Notes: a model not told the origin generated them from the letters alone. 38,596 nucleotides of DNA from Clostridia bacterium (GCA_900771185.1 CAAGND010000027.1:1-38596); one strand, 5' to 3'; positions 1-9,661 are shown, counted from the first letter of the stretch. A program made the numbers and translations.

Positions 1-91
1 AGAGTCTTTCTGTGACTTGAAGTTTTTCTTTCGGTTTTTGATTGGTATCGGTTTAAAGCTATTGATAATACTGCACTTTGACTTCCTGCGC

Positions 92-222
92 GAGCCGCAC
101 TCTGCCGTACCTCTGTACGTCGACGAGTGCGGCTCACTTGGCTTCGTGGCTTTTTCAACAGTCTCCAGCGTGTCAAAAAATACTTTTTCGACACGCTGAG
201 TGGCCGAACATTCAGTTCGGCC
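92..222. repeat. Cluster of three tandem inverted repeats (REP/MITE-like)
   Basis: gagccgcactc 92-102 pairs with gagtgcggctc 125-135 (inner cgtac/gtacg); cagcgtgtc 166-174 pairs with gacacgctg 190-198; ggccgaac 202-209 pairs with gttcggcc 215-222. Confidence 0.55.
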
Positions 223-239
223 GCTGATTTTTTTACATA

Positions 240-270
240 AACAAAAGAGCAGCGCCGCTCGGCGCTGCTC
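240..270 (-). terminator. Intrinsic terminator after LCP gene
   Basis: 10-bp stem gagcagcgcc/ggcgctgctc (247-270) followed by TTTTGTTT on the minus strand. Confidence 0.8.
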
Positions 271-291
271 CAAGATTTTTTCATACGGGTG

Positions 292-1785
292 TTAGGCTGC
301 ATCCTCATCGGAGCCGGTGTTTCTGTTCCACGGAGTTGTTATATCCGGGACAGTCAGACTCGGCAGTGTTATATCGCTGATGTCCGGGAATCTCCCCGAA
401 GTCTCGCTTTCTTCGACCTCGGTCTCGGAATAAGCCTCGCTCTCCGATGTGCTTTCATCGCTCGAATATTCGCCGGTAGTGATATCGCTTCCTACCGTCT
501 CATTAACCTCCTTATTGGCAGAACCTCCTCCCGAATAGTTCGGGTTGGGTGTTGCGCCCTGTTTGAGCAAGTCAACAGCCGAAACATGGTCGGAGCCGAT
601 GTTGATGTTAGTATCGCCGTAAAGCGCAAGCTGCAGTTCGCGGGCTACCACCGGATAGTCGATGACCCAGACTGAAAGCGGATGTCCCGCTATCTTTGCA
701 TAATACGTCCAAAGCTGTGCGGAGGAATAATTGCCTTCAGAAGGCATAACGAGCTGTTCAATTTCATATTTCATCCAGCCCTGAGAGAGAGCCTGGGTGA
801 GAAGAGAAAGGATTTCTGTCTTCTTATAGTTGGTGACAACATTCGGCAGAACGATATTCATCGCGTTGTTGAGCTGACCTGCCGAAGCGTTTTGAGCGCT
901 CTTTATCAGAGCCATTATTATAAGGCGCTGGCGCCCCGTTCTGCCGACATCGCCCGCACTGTCAACATAGCGTATGCGGCTGAAGACAAGCGCCTGAGCA
1001 CCGTTGAGTTTGACGGCATCGCCTGACTGAATTTTGTCAATTTTCGTGGTGGTTCTGTTGATATATTCCGCCTCATACGGTTCAACCGGAACCGTCACTC
1101 CACCCAAAGCATCAATCAGCTTGGGGAAGCTCTTGAAATCGACGCTGATGTAGTGATCTATTTCAATTTTATAGTTATTTTCAAGCGTTTCAATCAGTGT
1201 CGCAGGACCGCCCCAGAAATATGAGTGATTGGTCTTGCAGCATCTGCCCTGCCCGTTTATATTCATATAAGTGTAACTGTCGCGCAGGAAAGACACAAGC
1301 TTGATTTTCTTGGTTTTTTTGTTCAGTGACAGCAGCATTATAACATCCGAACGTCCGGAATCCGATTTTCCCGTTTCGCTGTCAACCCCGAGCAGAAGAA
1401 CATTGATTACGTTCTTGCTCGAATACTTAGCGCCGCCGTTTGTCGCCCACTGTTCAAGGAGATTGTCAATATCCGATGCATCGGACACATCGTACATCGC
1501 CTCAAACTGCTCCTCGGGCGCAAAGGTGTCATCCTCATTTCCGCCGAAGCCGGCATTTATCTCTATCAGACCGAGCTTGTTTGCCACAAAGATTCCGCCC
1601 GCGATAAGCAAAAGAGCAAGCACAACGCAGACAACAGTTACCGTAATCTTCAGATTGCGCTTGTTGTTCTTCATAAAAAACTTTTTAATTTTTTCGCTCC
1701 TGCTGCCGGAGCTGCTGATATCCTCTGTTTCGACTTTTCGTTCTGAGTTCTGAACGGGAGCTTTTTTTCCGTTTTCTTCTTTCAT
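292..1785 (-). CDS. LCP (LytR-CpsA-Psr) family cell-wall glycopolymer transferase
   Basis: N-terminal TM helix; motifs NVLLLGVD, GRSDVIML, SFLRDSY, FSRIR, DVGRTGRQR; acidic Ser/Thr-rich tail; start placed at MKEENG after a purine-rich RBS (ORF is open to 1845). Confidence 0.9.
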   Translation of the reverse strand: MKEENGKKAPVQNSERKVETEDISSSGSRSEKIKKFFMKNNKRNLKITVTVVCVVLALLLIAGGIFVANKLGLIEINAGFGGNEDDTFAPEEQFEAMYDVSDASDIDNLLEQWATNGGAKYSSKNVINVLLLGVDSETGKSDSGRSDVIMLLSLNKKTKKIKLVSFLRDSYTYMNINGQGRCCKTNHSYFWGGPATLIETLENNYKIEIDHYISVDFKSFPKLIDALGGVTVPVEPYEAEYINRTTTKIDKIQSGDAVKLNGAQALVFSRIRYVDSAGDVGRTGRQRLIIMALIKSAQNASAGQLNNAMNIVLPNVVTNYKKTEILSLLTQALSQGWMKYEIEQLVMPSEGNYSSAQLWTYYAKIAGHPLSVWVIDYPVVARELQLALYGDTNINIGSDHVSAVDLLKQGATPNPNYSGGGSANKEVNETVGSDITTGEYSSDESTSESEAYSETEVEESETSGRFPDISDITLPSLTVPDITTPWNRNTGSDEDAA

Positions 1786-1914
1786 AACATCACTCTCTTT
1801 CTCTTCCTTCACTGCACAAAAGCCATACAATAGTAATGATACCACATAAAAAGCAAAATAGCGATAAAATGCGCTATAAATTTATCGATTGTTTATTATT
1901 GCGTCACTTATATA

Positions 1915-1950
1915 AACGAAAAGCGTGAAAAAACTGCTTCTTTCACGCTT
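1915..1950 (-). terminator. Intrinsic terminator after jag
   Basis: 10-bp stem aagcgtgaaa/tttcacgctt (1921-1950) followed by a T-rich tail on the minus strand. Confidence 0.7.
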
Positions 1951-1966
1951 CGTATTACCAATTTTA

Positions 1967-2782
1967 TTATTCGGTCTTGCCGGTTTCAATCTTACCGTAT
2001 CTTGAGGCTGAAGCAGCATCTGAACGGGGAGGACGTGAGGGAGCCGCGGGCTGAGACCTTGAGTCTCTTCTCGGCGCTCTGTCTCTGTTGTAGTCGCGGT
2101 TCTGATAGCCGCCTCTTCCGCCTCGTCTGCCGCCGTTGGTGGGCTTGAAGCCATCTTCAAGAGTGATGACCACTTTGCGGTCATTCTCAGAGCCGACAGA
2201 GTGAGAGCTGACGCCCTCTATCTCCTGAATTGTTGTATGAATTATACGCCGCTCATAGGGATTCATAGGATCAAGCACAACATTTCTGCCATACTTCTTG
2301 ACCTTTGCGGCGTTCTTTGCGGCAAGGCTGCGGAGAGTTGCTTCTCTCTTTTCACGGTAGTTTCCGATATTGAGCGACACTCTCTTGGTCTCATCCGAGC
2401 CTCTGTTTATAACGAGACGGACAAGGTACTGGATAGCATCGAGGGTTTCTCCTCTGCGTCCGATTGCCGCGCCGTAATCGCCGTCATATTCGACTGATAT
2501 AAGCACCTCTTCATCTGTCTGCTCAAAATTAATTTTCGCATCTTCGATTCCAAGGCTTTTGAGAATTGTCTCAAGATAGTCCTGAGCCGCAGAGAAGGGC
2601 GACGCTTCATAGCTCACCCTCACCTTTGCGGGAGAACCTCCGAAGAGGCCGAGAACTTTCTTTGAGGGCATTTCAAGCACTTCTATTTTAACATCTGCAT
2701 CTGCGGACACACCGAGCTCGCTGAGGGCGGCGGCTTTCGCCTCCTCGACGGTTGCGGCAGTTCCGATAGCTTCTTTAATCAA
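1967..2782 (-). CDS. jag: RNA-binding protein Jag/KhpB/EloR
   Basis: Jag_N (TVEEAK..ALSELG), KH (IGRRGETLDAIQYL) and R3H (MNPYERRIIH) motifs; TTG start with AGGTGG RBS; follows yidC. Confidence 0.93.
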   Translation of the reverse strand: MIKEAIGTAATVEEAKAAALSELGVSADADVKIEVLEMPSKKVLGLFGGSPAKVRVSYEASPFSAAQDYLETILKSLGIEDAKINFEQTDEEVLISVEYDGDYGAAIGRRGETLDAIQYLVRLVINRGSDETKRVSLNIGNYREKREATLRSLAAKNAAKVKKYGRNVVLDPMNPYERRIIHTTIQEIEGVSSHSVGSENDRKVVITLEDGFKPTNGGRRGGRGGYQNRDYNRDRAPRRDSRSQPAAPSRPPRSDAASASRYGKIETGKTE

Positions 2783-2825
2783 CAGATTTCACCACCTGTA
2801 AAATTTTGACGGGGAGCCTTCCGGC

Positions 2826-3770
2826 TTATTCCTCGTTTATTTTCTGCGCTGCCCTTTTGAGATTTTCTTCTCTTGAGCGGCGCTGCACCGTTTCATCAAC
2901 CATGAGCTTTGCTATCATCTTTTTGGGGCTGTGAGTAACAGAGAGAATGACCGTCTGAATGAGCGCGAACACATTCGACGCTATCCAGTAAATACCGATG
3001 CCCGCCGGGAACTGGAACGTGAAATAGAGCGAGAACAGCGGCATGCCGAAGGTCATGCATCCCATTGCGGGATTTTTGCTCATTTCAGGGTTTGTCTCTT
3101 TCTGCTTGAGCATTGAGAAAAGGCTTGTCCCGAGAGAGGTGACACCCGAAAGAATGGGCACCAGCCAGAGCAGGCTCGGGTCTTTAATTGACGGTGTCTG
3201 ACCCAGCGGCACTCCGAGGAAGGTGAAGTTGAATTCGGAGATGGTCTCATACCAGCCGTCGGGTATTGTGACGACAGACGCAATCTTGTCGATATTGTCT
3301 ATGATATAGAGCTGAATAGTACGCTCCTGCTGAGCGGGAATCGTGCCGCCCAGAATCTGTTTTGCGCCCTCGGTAAGAACATCGATAACATTATCCGGAA
3401 CAGAGAGGGCATAGGTCAGCGGCTTGTATATAACGCCGATAAGACCGAAAATTATCACGAACTGAATCATCAGCGGAACACAGCCCATATTCATGGGGTT
3501 GTGACCCTCACGCTGATAGAGAGCCTGGGTCTCCTCCTGGATACGGCGCTGGTCGCCCTTATATTTGGCGTTGATTCTCCGTATCTTCGGCTGAAGGCGC
3601 TGTGTTTTAACGGTTCCCTTAGTCTGATATATGGATGTCGGCAGCATGAGAAGTCTTGCGAAAAGGGTAAAGAGGATGAGCGCAAGACCGTAGTTATTGA
3701 CAGCCTCAAATATGAATTTAAGTATTATACCGAACGGTACACCCAATATATCATAAATGGTGTTCATCAT
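2826..3770 (-). CDS. yidC: Membrane protein insertase YidC/Oxa1
   Basis: [26 protein letters not shown] and PAGIGIYW motifs; GGAGG RBS before ATG 3770. Confidence 0.93.
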   Translation of the reverse strand: MMNTIYDILGVPFGIILKFIFEAVNNYGLALILFTLFARLLMLPTSIYQTKGTVKTQRLQPKIRRINAKYKGDQRRIQEETQALYQREGHNPMNMGCVPLMIQFVIIFGLIGVIYKPLTYALSVPDNVIDVLTEGAKQILGGTIPAQQERTIQLYIIDNIDKIASVVTIPDGWYETISEFNFTFLGVPLGQTPSIKDPSLLWLVPILSGVTSLGTSLFSMLKQKETNPEMSKNPAMGCMTFGMPLFSLYFTFQFPAGIGIYWIASNVFALIQTVILSVTHSPKKMIAKLMVDETVQRRSREENLKRAAQKINEE

Positions 3771-4017
3771 GAATGTGAATCCTCCGGTTCGATTTTTTCC
3801 CCTTTTTCGGGGGAACGGGATCATAGCCGCCGGGGAAGAGAATGTTGCATCTGAGCAGCCGTGCTATGGTCAGCAGACTGCCTTTGAAGGCTCCGTGAAC
3901 TTCAAGCGCTTCAATAGCGTATTGAGAGCAGGTAGGATAGTACCTGCACATATCGGGTAAAAGAGGTGATATACGCTTTCTGTAAAAACTTATTAGCTTG
4001 ATGAGAAAATCCTTCAT
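3751..4017 (-). CDS. yidD: Membrane protein insertion efficiency factor YidD
   Basis: [30 protein letters not shown] signature; lies between rnpA and yidC. Confidence 0.93.
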   Translation of the reverse strand: MKDFLIKLISFYRKRISPLLPDMCRYYPTCSQYAIEALEVHGAFKGSLLTIARLLRCNILFPGGYDPVPPKKGKKSNRRIHIHDEHHL

Positions 4018-4367
4018 TTTTCTTCACTGAATAGCTTAATGACACCCAGAGCCTTCAGCTGAGTGTGCATCGCCTTTTTGACATCGGTGCTCTTGAGCGC
4101 AGCTGTTTTGTGCCGGGCTACGAAAACAATGTCCCAGCTACCTGAGCACTCGTCTTTGAGCTCCCTGTATGCCGCACGGATAATTCTGCGGCAGCGGTTG
4201 CGCGTGACTGCGTTGCCCAGCTTTTTGCCGGTCGTTATTCCGACACGCACAGATCCTTTTCCGGTTCTGAGCGCATAGGTGACAAGCGCCGGTCCTGCTG
4301 CCGATTTGCCGCGCCCGTAGGCTCTGCGAAAATCGCTGTTAAGCTTGAGTGTCTGATATTCTGCCAA
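4014..4367 (-). CDS. rnpA: Ribonuclease P protein component
   Basis: [21 protein letters not shown] (RNR motif); start uncertain (TTG at 4367 or 4376). Confidence 0.93.
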   Translation of the reverse strand: MAEYQTLKLNSDFRRAYGRGKSAAGPALVTYALRTGKGSVRVGITTGKKLGNAVTRNRCRRIIRAAYRELKDECSGSWDIVFVARHKTAALKSTDVKKAMHTQLKALGVIKLFSEEK

Positions 4368-4408
4368 AGCAATCAATCCATCCGTGGCAATTAATCCGCT
4401 CTCTGTTC

Positions 4409-4543
4409 TCAGTATGAGAGCTGCTTTCTGCCCTTGGCTCTGCGGCGGGCAAGAACCTTGCGTCCGTTTCTGTCAGACATTCTTTTGCGGAAGCCGTGCT
4501 CCTTCTTACGGTGCAGCTTCTTGGGCTGGTAAGTTCTTTTCAT
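4409..4543 (-). CDS. rpmH: 50S ribosomal protein L34
   Basis: Hand-translated [52 protein letters not shown]; below the ORF-track size cutoff. Confidence 0.97.
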   Translation of the reverse strand: MKRTYQPKKLHRKKEHGFRKRMSDRNGRKVLARRRAKGRKQLSY

Positions 4544-4634
4544 TTACAATACCTCCGTTTCACTAAAGTAATATATCCCCTACAACTATCATCGAAATTC
4601 AGATAATTGACGTGACCTACCCTTGCAAGCTAAC

Positions 4635-4664
4635 ATTATATAACAATCTCAACATCAATGTCAA
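4635..4664 (-). promoter_or_regulatory. SigA-type promoter of rpmH operon
   Basis: TTGACA-18 nt-TATAAT on the minus strand. Confidence 0.65.
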
Positions 4665-4694
4665 TCTTTTTTTTGCGCTCTTGTGCAATCTGCT

Positions 4695-4725
4695 TGTTGA
4701 AAAAAGGGGGTTACTGTGATATACT
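4695..4725 (+). promoter_or_regulatory. SigA-type promoter of dnaA with a DnaA-box-like site over the -35
   Basis: TTGAAA-17 nt-(TGn)TATACT; TGTTGAAAA at 4695-4703 is the reverse complement of TTTTCAACA. Confidence 0.6.
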
Positions 4726-4814
4726 TTTGATATTATGGAGTAATGTGTTTTTCGGGCGGCGGGTGTAAACTCAAACTGTTCTGAGCCGCCCCGCAAAACG
4801 AGGAGGAGAAGATT

Positions 4815-6164
4815 TTGGATTCATTCAACGAGCTTTGGCAGCTCGTCTACAAGCAGCTTCAGCAGACAACCTCTGAAGCTATCTTCAACGTATGGTTCAG
4901 CGAGCTTGAACCTGTGAGCTTTGACGGCAACAAGGCAACGCTTCTCGCGTCTGCCGATTTCAAACGCCGCATAATTATGCAGAAATTTCCTGACACGCTC
5001 AAAGACGCTTTTGAGGCCGTGCTCGGTTTCAGCGTGGAGGTGGAGGTTATTGCTCCCGCCGCCTCTGACGGAAATTCGTATTCCCCGCCCGCCGCCGCGC
5101 ATGATGACACAAAGGTTGATGTCGGCGATGACAGTCTGCGCGCCTCAAACTTTTTTGAGAACACCTTTGACACCTTCGTCGTCGGCTCATCGAACAAATT
5201 CGCCCACGCCGCCGCTCAGGCTGTCGCGGCCAATCCCGGCAAGGCGTATAACCCCCTGTTCATCTACGGAAATTCGGGGCTTGGCAAGACGCATCTGCTC
5301 AACGCCATATGCCATGAGATAAAACGGAACAATCCGGATATGAAAATTGTTCTCGCCGACGGTGAGCATTTCACCAACGAGTTCATCTCGGCTCTCAGCA
5401 AACAGTCAACAGCCGCCTTCCAGAACAAATACCGCAAGGCGGACGTGCTGTTGATGGACGATGTTCAGTTCATTGCCACAAAGGAGCGCACACAGGAAGA
5501 ATTTTTCCACACCTTCAACGCCCTGACGCAGGACGGCAAGCAGATAGTTCTGTCCGCAGACCGCCCGCCCAAGGACATGCCTATGATAGACGACAGGCTT
5601 CGTTCACGTTTTGAATGGGGTCTGCTTGCCGACATTCAGCCGCCCGACCTTGAGACGAGGATGGTTATCGTCAAGCGCAAGGCAGATGCCCTTGATTTCG
5701 ATATCACCGACGATGTGGTTGAATACATAGCGGAGAAACTCAAGAACAATATCCGTCAGCTTGAGAGCGCAGTCAAGAAGATGCAGGCATATGTCACTAT
5801 TCAGGGCGCGCACGTCAACACCGCGACAGCACAGCAGGCAATCAAGGATATTCTCAGCGACAACAAGCCCATTCCCGTTGTTGTTGAGAGAATAATCAAC
5901 GAGGTTGCCAGAACCTACGGGGCTAATCCCGATGACCTGCGTTCAAAGAAAAAGGATGCTCAGACCTCAAAGCTGCGCCAGATTTCCATGTATATTGTGC
6001 GCGAGGTCACAGGTCTTTCCTCAAAGGCCATAGGAGCGGAGTTCGGCGGCAGACACTACTCCACTGTCCTCTACGCCCTTGACGAAATAAAGAGCGAGAT
6101 GGACACCGACTCGGTTCTCAGGAACACCGTCAACGATATAATCAAAAATGTTCAGGAGGACTGA
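4815..6164 (+). CDS. dnaA: Chromosomal replication initiator DnaA
   Basis: NTFDTFVVGSSN, YNPLFIYGNSGLGKTHL (Walker A), LLMDDVQF, QEEFFHTFN, RLRSRFEWGL, domain IV IGAEFGGRHYSTV; TTG start with AGGAGG RBS. Confidence 0.98.
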   Translation: MDSFNELWQLVYKQLQQTTSEAIFNVWFSELEPVSFDGNKATLLASADFKRRIIMQKFPDTLKDAFEAVLGFSVEVEVIAPAASDGNSYSPPAAAHDDTKVDVGDDSLRASNFFENTFDTFVVGSSNKFAHAAAQAVAANPGKAYNPLFIYGNSGLGKTHLLNAICHEIKRNNPDMKIVLADGEHFTNEFISALSKQSTAAFQNKYRKADVLLMDDVQFIATKERTQEEFFHTFNALTQDGKQIVLSADRPPKDMPMIDDRLRSRFEWGLLADIQPPDLETRMVIVKRKADALDFDITDDVVEYIAEKLKNNIRQLESAVKKMQAYVTIQGAHVNTATAQQAIKDILSDNKPIPVVVERIINEVARTYGANPDDLRSKKKDAQTSKLRQISMYIVREVTGLSSKAIGAEFGGRHYSTVLYALDEIKSEMDTDSVLRNTVNDIIKNVQED

Positions 6165-6277
6165 TGTCCTCCCGACTTTTACGGTTTTTGTCCGCTTTTC
6201 TTTATTTAATCCTAACGTGTCGGCGGCATTCTTTACCACTGTGCCGCGCACTTATTATCCGGGGGATGAGGTAATCA

Positions 6278-6817
6278 GTGAGAGATATAATCCTTGCTTC
6301 ACCGGCGGAAAAGGTTCGCTCACAGCTCAAGGCCTTTTTGTCGGAAATGGGAATAATCGGCGTTATCGAATGCAAGACCGCCTCTCAGACTCTCCAGTAT
6401 TGCCGCCGTATGCCTTCGTGCATAGTTATATGTCACCGTGTGACGGATATGCCGCCCGCCGCCATGGCGCGGCTGCTGCCGCCCAAGGCGGATATGCTGC
6501 TGCTTATCTCATCCTCGCAGGAGCCCCTTTTCGGGCTGAGCAACGTGCGGTGCGTCACTCTGCCGCTCTCCCGTCCCGATTTTCGCAGGACAGTTGAGGT
6601 TCTCCTGAGTGCAACATCGGACAGCAGGATTAACGCAGGCTCCAACAGGAGCACCGCCGAGCATGAGATTATCGACAAGGCGAAGAAGCTCTATATGAAG
6701 GTCAACTGTGTATCTGAGCAGGAGGCCTACGCATATATCAGAAGGCGCAGTATGAACGAGGGCAGCACCATTGCCGCAACGGCTAAGCATCTTCTGAGCG
6801 AACTGGCAAATATTTAG
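6278..6817 (+). CDS. ANTAR domain RNA-binding regulator with receiver-like N-terminus
   Basis: C-terminal IDKAKKLYMKVNCVSEQEAYAYIRRRSMNEGSTIAATAKHLL matches the ANTAR pattern; GAGGT RBS and GTG start. Confidence 0.85.
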   Translation: MRDIILASPAEKVRSQLKAFLSEMGIIGVIECKTASQTLQYCRRMPSCIVICHRVTDMPPAAMARLLPPKADMLLLISSSQEPLFGLSNVRCVTLPLSRPDFRRTVEVLLSATSDSRINAGSNRSTAEHEIIDKAKKLYMKVNCVSEQEAYAYIRRRSMNEGSTIAATAKHLLSELANI

Positions 6818-6827
6818 GAGGCAAAAC

Positions 6828-7664
6828 ATGAAATTTACAAAAATGCAGGGTGCCGGCAACGACTATATATATGTCAACTGCTTTGAGGAAACTGTCGGCA
6901 ACCCGTGCGACACCGCGGTAAAAGTCAGTGACAGACACTTTGGCATCGGTTCTGACGGTCTTGTGCTCATTGAGCCGTCCGAGGCCGCCGATTTCAAAAT
7001 GGACATCTATAATTCAGACGGATCTCAGGCAAAGATGTGCGGCAACGCCACACGCTGTGTTGCGAAATATGTGCGTGACAACGGGCTTACCGACAAGGAT
7101 GAGATATCGCTCGAAACCCTGAGCGGAATTAAATATATAAAAATGTATACGGAGAACGGCCGTGTCCGCGCCGCCCGCGTTAATATGGGGTCTCCGGTGC
7201 TCAAGCCCTCCGACATTCCGGTCCTTATCGGAACCGACACGGCAATAAAGCAGCCGCTCAATGTCGGCGGACGTGACTATGACGTCACCTGCGTCTCAAT
7301 GGGCAACCCGCACTGTGTCGTATATATTGACGACACCGATGCTCTCGATATAGAGAAAACAGGTCCTCTGTTTGAAAACCATGCCGCTTTTCCCGACAGG
7401 ATAAACACCGAATTCATTCAGGTCATATCCGACACATGCATCAAAATGCGCGTGTGGGAGCGCGGTGCGGGCGAGACACTCGCCTGCGGAACCGGAGCAT
7501 GTGCCGCAACGGTTTCCAGCATACTCAACGGCTTCTGCAGAAGAGACGCCGACATAAAGGTGCTTCTTCGCGGCGGCGAGCTTACAATACGCTGGGCTCA
7601 GGACGGCGATGTATATATGACCGGACCTGCCGAAACCGTCTGCACAGGCGAAATCGATATATAA
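6828..7664 (+). CDS. dapF: Diaminopimelate epimerase
   Basis: FTKMQGAGND, MCGNA, SMGNPH, WERGAGETLACGTG. Confidence 0.97.
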   Translation: MKFTKMQGAGNDYIYVNCFEETVGNPCDTAVKVSDRHFGIGSDGLVLIEPSEAADFKMDIYNSDGSQAKMCGNATRCVAKYVRDNGLTDKDEISLETLSGIKYIKMYTENGRVRAARVNMGSPVLKPSDIPVLIGTDTAIKQPLNVGGRDYDVTCVSMGNPHCVVYIDDTDALDIEKTGPLFENHAAFPDRINTEFIQVISDTCIKMRVWERGAGETLACGTGACAATVSSILNGFCRRDADIKVLLRGGELTIRWAQDGDVYMTGPAETVCTGEIDI

Positions 7665-7688
7665 ATAACCCTTGAAAGGATGCCTCTG

Positions 7689-8900
7689 ATGAAGATTAAT
7701 GAAAACTTTTTGAATCTGCAAAAAAGCTACCTCTTTTCCACGATGGGTCAGAAGACCCGTGCATATAAGGCGGCTCATCCGGACGCCGATGTCATCAGCC
7801 TCGGCATCGGCGATGTCACCCGTCCTCTCCCCGACGCCTGCATAAAGGCCATGCGCAAAGCCGTTGACGAGCTTGCCGATGAAAAAACGTTTCAGGGCTA
7901 TCCGCCTGAGTACGGTCAGAAATTCCTTGTTGAGAAAATTCTCAAATATGATTTTGCAGACAGGGGCGTCAGCCTTGACGAGGATGAGATTTTCGTCAGC
8001 GACGGCGCCAAAAGCGACACCGGCAACATAGGCGATATCTTCTCGGTCGACAACATCGTTGCCGTCTGCGACCCTATATATCCCGTCTATGTCGACACCA
8101 ATGTCATGTTCGGAAGGGCGGGCACGCCTCTTGAGGGCGGCCGCTTTTCAAAATTTGTCTACCTCGACTGCAACGCTGAAAACGGCTTTATCCCGTCGCT
8201 GCCCGATAGGCATGCGGATATAGTCTATCTGTGTTTCCCCAACAATCCCACAGGCGCAACCATCACCAAAGCCGAGCTTCAAAAGTGGGTGGACTGGGCA
8301 AACGAACACCACAGCGTTATCCTCTATGATGCGGCATATGAGGCGTATATCACTCAGGAGGATATTCCTCACAGCATCTTTGAGCTTGACGGGGCAAAAA
8401 CATGCGCCATTGAGTTCCGCAGTTTTTCAAAAACCGCCGGCTTCACCGGTGTTCGCTGTGCCTATACGGTCGTGCCCAAGGAGCTCAAATGCGGAGATGT
8501 CAGCCTCAACGCACTCTGGTCACGCAGGCAGGCGACCAAGTTCAACGGCGTTTCATATGTTACTCAGCGCGCCGCCGAAGCTGTCTACTCAGACGAGGGC
8601 AGGCAGCAGGTGCGTGATACAATAGCATACTATCTCAACAACGCCAAAACAATTATCAACGGTCTTGAAGCGGCCGGTATACGCTGCTTCGGCGGCGTCA
8701 ACTCGCCCTATATCTGGTTTGAGGTGCCCAACGGGATGACCTCATGGCAGATGTTTGACCGCCTGCTTGAGCAGGTTCAGGTCGTGGGCACACCCGGTTC
8801 AGGCTTCGGCGCGGCGGGAGAGGGATATTTCCGTCTGACCGCTTTTGCCAGCGCGGAACGCACCGCACAGGCTGTTGAACGCATCAAAAAGGGGCTTTAA
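7689..8900 (+). CDS. dapL: LL-diaminopimelate aminotransferase
   Basis: YLF, LGIGDVT, FVSDGAKSD, PNNPTG, FSKTAGFTGVRC (PLP lysine), TKFNG; adjacent to dapF; AAAGGA RBS favours ATG 7689. Confidence 0.95.
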   Translation: MKINENFLNLQKSYLFSTMGQKTRAYKAAHPDADVISLGIGDVTRPLPDACIKAMRKAVDELADEKTFQGYPPEYGQKFLVEKILKYDFADRGVSLDEDEIFVSDGAKSDTGNIGDIFSVDNIVAVCDPIYPVYVDTNVMFGRAGTPLEGGRFSKFVYLDCNAENGFIPSLPDRHADIVYLCFPNNPTGATITKAELQKWVDWANEHHSVILYDAAYEAYITQEDIPHSIFELDGAKTCAIEFRSFSKTAGFTGVRCAYTVVPKELKCGDVSLNALWSRRQATKFNGVSYVTQRAAEAVYSDEGRQQVRDTIAYYLNNAKTIINGLEAAGIRCFGGVNSPYIWFEVPNGMTSWQMFDRLLEQVQVVGTPGSGFGAAGEGYFRLTAFASAERTAQAVERIKKGL

Positions 8901-8953
8901 TCATCAACAAACCCAATAAAATCAAACATATATCATATTAGGAGGAAAAAACA

Positions 8954-9661
8954 ATGGAAAAAAAAGAGCTGCTCTACGAGGGAAAGGCAAAGAAAGTTTT
9001 CACAACGGATGATGAGGATGTTCTGATTGTTGACTACAAGGACGATGCCACAGCATTTAACGGCCTGAAAAAGGGCACTATCTACGGCAAGGGCGTTATC
9101 AACAATAAAATGTCTAACTTCATGTGCAGAATGTTTGAGGAAAAAGGCATTCCCACACATTATATCGAGGAGCTCAGCGACAGAGAAACTGCCGTAAAAA
9201 GAGTTTCCATTGTTCCTCTTGAGGTCATTATACGCAACAAGGCAGCCGGAAGCATGGCAAAGAGACTGGGTCTCGAAGAGGGCACCGAGCTTAAATGTCC
9301 CGTGCTTGAATTCAGCTATAAGGACGATGCTCTGGGTGACCCGATGATAAACTCCTATCACGCAATAGCCTGCGGCTTTGCGACAAAGGAGGATATCGAT
9401 ACTATAACCGATATGGCTCTTTCCATCAATAAAATCATGGTCGACTTTTTCAAAACAAAGGGTGTTGACCTCATTGACTTTAAGCTTGAGTTTGGGCGCT
9501 ATAAAGGTCATATAATCCTCGCTGATGAGATATCTCCCGATACCTGCCGTTTTTGGGATACGGAGACCGGCGAAAAGCTTGACAAGGATCGCTTCCGCAG
9601 AGATATGGGCAGCGTCGAGGAGGCCTACGAGGAGATGGCCCGCAGACTCGGTCTGAAGTAA
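8954..9661 (+). CDS. purC: SAICAR synthase
   Basis: [42 protein letters not shown]. Confidence 0.97.
   Translation: MEKKELLYEGKAKKVFTTDDEDVLIVDYKDDATAFNGLKKGTIYGKGVINNKMSNFMCRMFEEKGIPTHYIEELSDRETAVKRVSIVPLEVIIRNKAAGSMAKRLGLEEGTELKCPVLEFSYKDDALGDPMINSYHAIACGFATKEDIDTITDMALSINKIMVDFFKTKGVDLIDFKLEFGRYKGHIILADEISPDTCRFWDTETGEKLDKDRFRRDMGSVEEAYEEMARRLGLK

Noticed and set aside
17..199. 60-aa plus ORF at the window start
   Set aside because: Runs through palindromic repeats; no RBS or motif
6165..6277. Possible ANTAR twin-hairpin target or oriC in the dnaA-ANTAR spacer
   Set aside because: AACGTG lacks a closing stem and a second hairpin; no DnaA boxes
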